Both the position numbers and the translations under genes were made by a program. A stretch of DNA of 64,000 bases from Iphione sp. A-MEVVRFRX5 (lineage: Eukaryota), in NCBI GenBank assembly GCA_976226885.1, contig OZ320313.1:116064001-116128000 (forward strand), read 5' to 3'. The notes beneath the pieces were generated by a model. The model had not been told where the DNA came from, ran no database searches, and saw nothing but the letters and a program-made list of their open reading frames with translations. Positions 24,678 to 33,099 of the stretch are shown piece after piece. The stretch's first letter is position 1. Each line of letters begins with the position of its first letter.

Positions 24678-25282
24678 TATTTAGAAAATAGTCAGTAAAC
24701 ATATCTTTCTCTGCAAAGCATGTTTAATATCTGAACGCCAGATGGATGCGATGTCGAGGTAAAACATCTTGCTTTACTCCAATGACATAATCATCCACAG
24801 AAAGATGGTAGGCTAAAGGCACATAGCACGTAACCATCATTTCTCTCATCAAGATGGTACTGGACTGAAAGTAAAGGAAGGGAAAATTTTCGAACCTCCG
24901 AGAATAGGTGCAGGATACAGGCTATATGATATTACCAGATGTAGTGTGTCCCCCATGCCCGGAGGAGAGCCGCCATACAGGAATAGCCATGGCCCCGAAT
25001 AGCAACAGAGGTAGCCATAGAGGCCCTAGATAGGGCCTACCTTCGTAGCATTAAGAGTCACATACCAATTATACAAATTGATCGATTCGGCTCGGTCCTT
25101 GTTACTATGTATATAGGTTTGAATCTCAAACAAAACAGAACAAATATGTGACTCCAAGAACCCTGGCTATTATACCTATACTAAAGAAGGTCCAAGTCCT
25201 TTTCTTACAGACAGCTTTACTCTCGAAACCAATCACCGTCGCACCGCAGTGTCTCCCGCATTTCGAGGAACGAAGTAGACAG

Positions 25283-25462
25283 GTAAGTAGGCGCAAGTTC
25301 TAAAATGATTTGGAGTGATAAACATATTCTTTTTGGGATTAAAACGACCGTATTTAAACGGGGGACTCATCACTCGAAATCTAAATGCTTCGATGGCATC
25401 TATTAGCGGAAAATGGACCGGAAGCCCTCATTTCAAGTAGCTGGCGGGAAGGTGTTTCCTAG
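25283..25462 (+). other. Putative 5' UTR intron of the recombinase gene
   Basis: Perfect donor CAG|GTAAGT at 25283. Candidate acceptors are TTTCCTAG (25462) or TGCAG (25477), upstream of AAGATGG (ATG at 25486). Confidence 0.5.
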
Positions 25463-25485
25463 CAACGTGGTGTGCAGCCATCAAG

Positions 25486-27156
25486 ATGGATATTCCGCGT
25501 CGTGGCGAATTTTGTGGATTAAATGGCAGAAACGTGAGAGTAATCGACAAATTCTTTCCAGGCGGGCTAGATCAGCCGCTACTCCAAGTTGAAGATCTTT
25601 TAACTAAAGAGAAGCACAACGCCCGCCCTGATGAACTGGTGCGTGAGGCGACTGCGAATTTTGATCTCGGGCTGGATGTGATGGGAGAAATAGACGCGAA
25701 TATTTTGGAAAATACAGAAAACACTAAACCCGACGGCTCTAAGGGACGATTCTACATGCCAGACCAGAGTGAGATTGACAGTATGAAGAAAGAAGTAAAC
25801 CGAAAGGGCACTGTCGACCAGACCCGCTGGGCGGTGAAGATTTTTCGCGGTGTGTGAGATATATTGAATCTTGATGAAAATCTACTAAATTTGACTAAAT
25901 GGACTAATTTACTCTGCAGTGGTCTAAAAATACTATAATTAATGGCCCTGTCATTGTCTTTTTCAGATTGGCTGAGTTCCGTCGGGTACGATCTGGACTT
26001 CGAGGCGCTGCCCGCCGTGCAGCTCGCTGAACGTCTTGAAAAATTCTACACGACTGTACGCACAAAATCCTTCCAAATGTACTCCAAGAGCGCCTTTAAA
26101 AACATACGATGTGGACTGCAACGCCATTTGACTTCCCCGCCCCATTCACGAAATATCAACCTCCTCCAGGACAGTGACTTTCGCCAGGCCAATTTAGCTT
26201 ACAGCGGCTATATGGCGAAAATCCGTACGTCGGGTCGGGATGTGAGTGCCCACAAACCGGTGATAGAGGCCGAGGACATAGCCCTACTCTATGACAAAGT
26301 ATTCACTGATACCCCCGTGGGTCTGCAGCGCAAAGTTTTCTACGATATCCTATTCCATTTTGGACGTCGTGGTCGGGAAGGATTAAGGTACCTGAAGAGA
26401 GACTCATTTGTGTTGGCCCGCGATGCAGCGGGGCATGAATATGTCACAATGTCATTTAACGAGGCTGAGAAAACCAGAAGTGGGTTGAACAAGGATGAGG
26501 AGGACACCGAAAAAACTATGTATAGCTTACCATCTGATGCTCGGCGGTGCCCCGTGGAGTCGTTCAAAAAGTACATTTCTCTGTTGAACGAGCAATGCGA
26601 AGCATTTTTCCAGCGGCCCAGGCGCAAAGTGGATGGAGCCTCGCCCAGTTGGTATGAGAACGCCCCTCTAGGGGTAAACAGTTTATATGGCATGATGTCG
26701 GCAATGAGTAGAGAAGGGGGCCTAAGCTGTGTCTACACGAATCATTCAATCCGTCGTACCTGCGTGACGACTTTGGACAGAGCAGGGTACAGTGCCCAGA
26801 AAATCCAGTCCGTTACGGGCCACAAAAGCGCAGAATCACTGAAGCACTACCTGGGCGGACCGTCGAAGAAAGTCAAACTGTCGATGTCTAATGCTCTTAC
26901 CAATTATGGCAAGAAAGAGGAAGCCGCGACTGGATCAGCTGATTCCGTGAAAGTGGGTCAAAGTAAAATGGCGACCGCAACGGCAGTCAAGGCGGAGACC
27001 CGAGCGTACAGTTCAGATGAGGACGACCTGCAACTGACCCAGACCGTCACCACAAATGCAGCTGTGAACGTGCAAGATGAAGATTTATTCCAGTCTCTAT
27101 TTGGAGGGCAAAACACCTTAAACAACTGCACATTTAACATTACTTTCAACAAGTAA
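25486..27156 (+). CDS. Crypton-type tyrosine recombinase (DUF3504/KCTD1-KIAA1958-ZMYM-QRICH1-related YR domain), two coding exons 25486-25849 and 25967-27156, 517 aa
   Basis: ORFs 25486-25857 and 25942-27156 join through a phase-1 GT-AG intron to give ...QTRWAVKIFR-D-WL..., the usual Crypton T.WAV..F..W motif. Other Crypton motifs: YSKSAFKNIRCGLQRHL, TPVGLQRKVF, HFGRRGREGLR, CPV..FK.Y, FFQRP, WY...PLGVN, YTNHSIRRT, VTGHKS.ESLKHY. Catalytic R (26368), K (26470), H (26743), R (26752), H (26821) and Y (26848) are all present. Confidence 0.93.
25850..25966 (+). other. 117-bp phase-1 spliceosomal intron in the recombinase CDS
   Basis: G|GTGTGT donor, AT-rich body with branch-point-like CTAAT/CTAAA motifs, pyrimidine tract GTCTTTTTCAG|AT. 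Splicing restores the frame and the conserved F-R-D-W. Confidence 0.9.
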
Positions 27157-27227
27157 ACATGAGCGCTGTTTAGCTCCGTCCCGCATGGCCACCTGCGTCT
27201 AAGTGAGTGAGTTCCCGTAGTTTCACG

Positions 27228-27463
27228 CCGGAAGTGGCCGAGATCTGTTTTTTTTTTTAAATTTGAAACTAATTTTAGTTAAAAAGTGTCGCATTCAGTG
27301 CGTTTTATACTGTTTCTTATGACTTTCCTGCCAAGGTGACGTTTTTTCGTATCATACGTGCTTGCCCAATGGGGTTCTTCGACTTATTGGTTGTTGTCAA
27401 TAAAAATCCAAAATGGCGTCTTGTCGCACTTACATTATTGCGTCTTGCTTTTTCAAGGTAACT
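27228..27463 (+). promoter_or_regulatory. Promoter-like motif cluster with splice donor at the 3' end of the Crypton
   Basis: ETS-type CCGGAAGT at 27228-35, CCAAT at 27366-70, ATTGG at 27386-90, YY1-type CAAAATGGCG at 27409-18 and donor AAG|GTAACT at 27455-63. AATAAA at 27399-404 could also be the polyA signal of the recombinase mRNA. Confidence 0.4.
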
Positions 27464-27529
27464 ATTTGTATTGAATAGCATTAAATGGATGGGGAATCAT
27501 TTCAGAACCGAGTTTAACGACTTCGTGTC

Positions 27530-27619
27530 GGTACGAGTCAATGTTTCAACGCTAATGCCTCGGGCTGGGCCTATCGGCCCAGCCCTTGGCATATCGCGTT
27601 GAAACATTAGACTCGTACC
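27530..27619. repeat. 90-bp imperfect palindrome (hairpin/cruciform)
   Basis: GGTACGAGTC-AATGTTTCAACGC-..ATGCC-..GGGCTGGGCC [TATC] GGCCCAGCCC-..GGCAT-..GCGTTGAAACATT-A-GACTCGTACC. Weaker pairing extends outward (GAGTTTAACG at ~27510 / CGTTCAAACTC at ~27642). Confidence 0.95.
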
Positions 27620-27899
27620 TCCACTCCATCGCTAAACCCGACGTTCAAACTCTGAGTCTTCCACTGCTTTGATAGGCTAAATGGCTTCTCATGATGTACC
27701 ACAACACAGCCCTGGATGGTGCCAGCAAGTACCGGTATACCTGTATATACCTCTGTTGACCGAGTATGTGTTGCTGTATTTCATTTCATTAGGAGAAACT
27801 TCGCTATCAGAAGCACGCCTTTGCATCTATAATTTTCATGGTTTTTGACTTGAAATATTTTCATAAATCATATTTTCCTACGGTAGTACATAACTCAGT

Positions 27900-28600
27900 T
27901 ATCTCAATCTTGGGTGCATCTTAGAAAGTAGTCTCAGGCCTCAAAGTCTGTAAAGATGGTGAAACTTATAAGGAAGCTTCGTTATCGGAGGATTCATCAA
28001 TTTAAGTGGTATATCTCTAGACAAAATCTTACACGAGTATCAAGGTCGCACCGTAATCGACAAGCAAGCATTGACAACAAACACTGAACGGGTTAAACAC
28101 TATGACACGAGTACTGAGCAGGGAAAATTGTCCAATATTCAGGGATAAGATAACGGACTATTGGAGAGTTTTATTTCAGAAAGCCCTTGATCTCTAGCTG
28201 AAGCACGAAACCGAAAGTAACATATCATTTGTATGGAATTTATTCTATGTTGGATAGATTAATCTGAATTATGTCATATCTAGATACGATATTAATAAGA
28301 GCAAAACGAAAAACGATATGAATTCCATCTGGTCGTCAGGCAGCATATATTAGACCACGCTGTGGCAGCAAAAGCATGTAGATATGATAACAAGAATAGA
28401 AAACGTTCACGATGCAGGATAACCTAGGATCGGAAGACGATTTGATGGTCTCTAGTAAATCGGAGCCATACATTTTACCACCAGAGGAATGGTTAATACT
28501 AAGAGGTTTCTGGGAAGCACTACTGCGAGAGTAACAAAGACGCTTGGGATTTAGAAGCTACTAAATGAGTCATATCTAGGTAAAATATCTCTACAAACTA
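27900..28600 (+). mobile_element. Decayed LINE RT C-terminal fragment
   Basis: QFKWYISRQNLT (~27997-28032) resembles FKYLG..LD.NLT. Confidence 0.3.
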
Positions 28601-29533
28601 ATATAAGTGATAGAAATATAGGAGACGACCACCACCCCAGTCCAGTTAGACAAGGGGGGGGGGGCAATGCAGACCTTAAGGGAGGAGCGACCTTGGTCAA
28701 ACAAGTTTACTTTTTATGAGTAGAGTATATTCCTAGGATATCTACTTCTAAAAAATAAATCTTTTAAGCGAGAGACGTCATTGGTTAAGCTGTACTGGGG
28801 CAATGAAAAATGATAAATGGAAACCCTATATAATAATTGGAAGCAGGGTTAACGTGAACTCTCCACGCCACTGCCGTTTGCCGACTCTAGCGACTCTGAT
28901 CAGAAGACTGGGGTGACAGCTTGACCTTGGCCTAGATTCTGGACCAATCAGCATTAAGTAATATGACACCTCGACTTCCGGTTTGTACCAGAAGTCAAAC
29001 CCAAGATTTCAGAAACTCTCCTTATTTCATAGTAATTCTGAGCAGTGCAATGTCAACGTATATACTACTTATGAGCTACCAGAGTCATCAACACTGTCCC
29101 TCATGCCGTACTAGACAAATTGCACGTTGTATCATCAGCCATGTGTGTTCCAGCTGTAATCAAAGTCTCTGTGCTGCCACCAATGTGGATCACTCAATGT
29201 ACAGTGATTACCAAGTAAATATGTGCCGTGTACACCGTCTGACTGGTAGCTAAAGCTGGTATTGGGAACCTTAAGGTTGTGGCGATAAAAGCATATTTCG
29301 ATCACCACCATGATTTAAATTGAGTGCGAAACCCCTCCAGAAATCCAGTGGAAAAGCTCATAGAGGGAACCTCGACAAGTGATGTGCAAACACATTTCAA
29401 CATGCAAAACAACCCGGAACCATATGTTGGGCCACAGATAGCACTGTGGTTACTCCCTAAAGCTAAAATTACCGCGAAAGCGATCGTAAAGGATTTTCAG
29501 TAGGTTGTGTTCACAAGGCAAAAAAACTGGTTA

Positions 29534-29899
29534 GGCCAAAAAAAAAAAAAATAGGTGTGTTTCTGGTAACCCCCACCCCCTACCTAGTAAAACCTTACCC
29601 TACCTAAAAAAATTTGGCCCCATAGCATTTCCAAGGCTGAATTTCCTTAGATAAGTGTTTTCAAAGCATAATATTATGTTTTTAGTAAATTCAGTAGAAA
29701 ATAACAAAATCCATGGAAATTCAGCAAAGAACTGTAAAACTCATTCAAATTGGTGAAAATTCTTGAAATTGTCTTTATCATTATTGAAAACCACAGGAAG
29801 AAAGTTGAAAAAAATGAAAAAAAAAAAAAAGATACCACCCCCCTCCCTACCTAGGTTTTGGGCTGCCGTTACCAGAAACACACCTTTTTTCTTTTGGCC
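29534..29899. mobile_element. Kolobok-type non-autonomous TIR element (366 bp)
   Basis: TIRs GGCC(A)n-TAGGTGTGTTTCTGGTAAC / GTTACCAGAAACACACC(T)n-GGCC, flanked by degenerate TTAA (TTA|, |TTAG). Subterminal direct CCCTACCTA repeats. Confidence 0.8.
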
Positions 29900-30049
29900 T
29901 TAGTTCAAGTTCTCCTGGAACAATCTGCAGCAAAAAAGAGTACCATTGTCCCTAAACCAGGTCAAAATGGAGGTGACTTATTGCAGCCCCCATCAATGCC
30001 GGATTCTGATTGGATGTACATAACCTCTGAGGGACTGTCCCACCACTAG

Positions 30050-30900
30050 CCACAAGTTCAACCTACCAACATTAGATTCTCACAATCCTTAACTGTACTT
30101 TGCAGATACTGTGGAAGGCATGGCAGAGAATCCAGTACACTGATGAATTTTGCACAAGGGTTAAGAATGAGCTGAAAATGCCCGTCATGTCCGATGGACC
30201 TATCGCTGATAGTTGAATAAACGGGTATTGCGGACGTCAATTTTGCTAATCGTGACGTCATCATGAGAATGCACCAACCGAATTGCTTTATTTCCAGACA
30301 TTGTCTGAAAAAAAAACCGGTGCAAATATACGTAGGAATAGTATGGCTGACACTTCGGTGATAGGTCCATTGGACGTCACACGGGGGACGCTGAACAGAG
30401 CATGGCCACACTGACACCAAGTTACAGACAACCATGGTATCTTCTTGCCCTCTAACCTTCAAAAACGAGTAAAGTGCATTGCTTTCCTGTCACACAGGCT
30501 CATGGCCAGACGGCAATGAGACCCCATATCACAGCGAGCAGGCTTTTGTCTTCCCTGGCAGACTGAACCAAGTCTGGTCCACCACCCTAACCTGTGTACC
30601 TCTTAGTAAATCCCATGCAATCCCCAAGAAGGTCAGTGAATACCCGGAGGTGATATAATGATTAAGATTGTATTCGAATTTGAAATCAAGCCTGATTAGA
30701 ACATTAAGAGACCTCCTTACTTCGGCCACTTCTGGACCATCTTTTGGCCAGCTTAGCACAAAGGAACAAACGACTCATTGAAGACTCTGGAGTGGAAGCA
30801 AACTATGGAAACGCGAACCACAGTCAGCAGATAGGACTTCACCATCGATAAATTGACCATATCTCGTATTCCATTCTCTAGATGATTTGATAATGCTTCC
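30050..30900 (-). mobile_element. Decayed DIRS-like RT/RNase H fragment
   Basis: ORF 30529-30759(-) SGYSLTFLGIAWDLLRGTQVRV resembles the DIRS/Ngaro RT motif P...LTFLGI.LD....RLP. It is preceded by an L..LG...N-like segment. Confidence 0.45.
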
Positions 30901-31299
30901 ATTTTCATTTTCTCTATATTATGTTTTTAGACTCACTGTTTCCCTTATTTCTGTTTCTGTCATCATAACTAAGACTGACATCTCAATGTAGGACTTCAAG
31001 CTCAACCAACCATGTGTCTATTGAATAAATGAGCTTTCAAGCGATGTTAGACTACGCATTTCACTATGATGTGATAACTGTTTAAATATAGATGGATTAT
31101 CGCAATAACCCTAGCTCCTCTGCCATAATTAGGATGATAATCTCTTGGTGACAAACTACATATTTATTTCTTTCTCATAATATTTTGCTATAACTAGGAG
31201 AGGTAACCGTACCTGGGCTCCATTCGTGTGGACATTTGATATTCCGTGAAAAGAAGACTGACAGCTGTCCAAAAATATGATAAAAAATTGATAGTTGAT

Positions 31300-32400
31300 A
31301 ACGAGATTTATTCAAATTTTTGAAGAACAGTTCTGCGTATGATCAGACAAACAAACCAAATCAATTACATCATTGGATGGAAATTTCGAGTAATGAACTT
31401 GAACAATAGACAAAAATTAGAAGTGCGGGGGTAAAAGAACTGACAGATACAGGAACGAACCGCTGGCAGGAGCATAATTAAGCATCCTAACAGAAACAGG
31501 ACTGCTTGGAGCTTTTCCACACTGCCTCCACACCGAACGTGACAATTGATTCTTCCGCGGCCCCGATTCCTATGGTACAGTGGCTCGTCACCGCGGAGAA
31601 ACACGCCAAGGTATTCGACGTGAGTGCCGGAGTGGGTGGCCCGCGTATTTTAGGTGTATGTGCGAGCGTGTCCACGAAGGCGTTTTCTGATCCTCGCCCG
31701 TCTCGCATTAATTAGAGTCATTCCTGCGTGCATGCCTGGTGGAGAGGTTCAAGAGGAGTCCACAACATGTGCAATTCCATCATTTGCCTCGAATGATTTT
31801 TGGAGGACCAATGCACCCATAATGTTCCGACGCCGATGCCCTCACACTCCATACGCAGCAGGAAACATTACCTGTTCAGGTTCCCAGGCTGCCTCAAGTC
31901 ATTTATTCATCTCGTGAAGTTGCAAATCTAAGTTTCAAATGCGAAAATATTTCCATTGCATGACACGCCCGATGTGATTTTTGTGTCCGCCGTTGTATTA
32001 GTATGACGTGAGATGAAGTGGTACGTCCGGTCTCGGCATACCCTGCAAGTGACAGCTGGCGTGACTAGACACAGCTTGGATCTGACACTAATCCACCACA
32101 ACCATATTCCAATAATGCTCTCGGGCAAAATGAATGTCAAATATGTCGAAAGCCTCTGCCAGTTCTGGTGACGCCGCTTCCTCGGCATTCCGTGTGCGGG
32201 TGCGTGGTGTGGTGCTCGGCGACAGTGACTTTCTGGTCGTGGTGGCATTCGATCGCCTGTCTCTTCGGAACAGCTTCATTCTCAGTCGATGAGTAGCTTG
32301 TATGGTGGTAAATCATGCTATTCCTCCGTTTGCTCACGACAAAATGATGAAAGCAGTCCGTAGATTTTCCAAAATATACTCGAAGCACGTTTTGTCACTT
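31300..32400 (-). mobile_element. Decayed Helitron Rep/helicase N-terminal fragment
   Basis: Frameshifted remnants EHYWNMVVVD*CQ (HYLG.M.V.C..C-like), CNGNIFAFE (YNS.FAF-like), PALTSNTLACF (NAPT.NEVAA-like) and RINCHVRCGGSVEKL...QFFYP (RDI....G.LQ.I...Y.LLFP-like), in the expected order. Confidence 0.45.
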
Positions 32401-32898
32401 ATAGGCCCAGGGAATATATCAACCAATGACGACTAATTTTCAGGGCGGCTGAAAGGCCAACACACTACAGTATTTATCACTTTTTATTTATGAGATGACA
32501 GATGACTGCTTTACTTAAGTTGTAAGAAGATTTTGCAGATGCTCTATCCTTTTGTTAACGAGAAGGAAAGCTTAAAATCCCTTTCACACTTCCAACGACA
32601 GGATTCAAAAACACATAGAAAAAATCACAAAGCTTCGGCTCTGTGTTAAGGCTTACATAATTCAGAGCTTCCTTGCTGTCCTTTTAGTCAGTTGGGTGCA
32701 GTATGATACAGTTCCCCTGTAACAATTAGACCCTGAAACCACCAGCAACAACCACGTGACCGGGACGCGAAGGGAAGGAAGGAGCATCACGGCTGAGTTC
32801 ATAGAACGACAGCTTGCGTGGTGGTGGTGGTGGGGGGGGGGGAGGCTCAGGAGTAGGTCCCTCCAGGGTTGCCACTGACCAGTAGTGCCCTCAATATC

Positions 32899-32914
32899 CC
32901 ACTAGGGGGCACTG
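32899..32914 (+). promoter_or_regulatory. CTCF-like motif
   Basis: CCACTAGGGGGCACTG matches the bilaterian CTCF core CCA(C/G)(C/T)AG(A/G)(G/T)GGC(A/G)(C/G). Confidence 0.4.
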
Positions 32915-33099
32915 GTGGTCATCCCACGCAAGCAGTCCTTTCGACTCTGCCGAGCACGAAACCCAGCTTATTGCACTTTTCGCCTCTATTTGTCTTTGAC
33001 AGGTCAGGACCCTGCTGGTTGTCATGACCGTGAATATTAGTCCCAACTAATTTGGCTGCCTAGGGATGGCTATAAACAGCACAACATATTATGTGATAT

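Larger units (their letters stand above)
25205..27680 (+). mobile_element. Crypton-type (tyrosine recombinase) DNA transposon, putatively complete; ends provisional
   Basis: Intact spliced YR gene with no RT or other ORF, a 5' non-coding exon, a 3' motif cluster and a long subterminal hairpin. The ends are guessed from TTA...TAA trinucleotides just outside the 5' CCAAT motif and the 3' hairpin. No clear target duplication was seen. Confidence 0.65.

Noticed and set aside
25080-25200. Crypton inserted into a single plus-strand LINE whose halves flank it
   Set aside because: The left-flank motifs are ambiguous and I could not join them collinearly to the fragment at 27900-28600.
25942-25966. 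ATG at 25942 as the true start (MALSLSFS)
   Set aside because: These codons are the intron's pyrimidine tract. The conserved T.WAV..F helix is encoded in the upstream exon.
26340-26693. Antisense ORFs inside the recombinase
   Set aside because: Shadow frames of a GC-rich coding region with no recognisable motifs.
25942-27156. Bacterial or phage integrase (prophage or contaminant) reading of the YR ORF
   Set aside because: It has a spliceosomal intron, Crypton-specific motifs, no phage genes, and eukaryotic TE flanks.
30106-30165. Possible internal exon (TTTGCAG|...AAGG|GTTAAG)
   Set aside because: Weak donor, no recognisable peptide, and it overlaps the DIRS-like remnant on the other strand.
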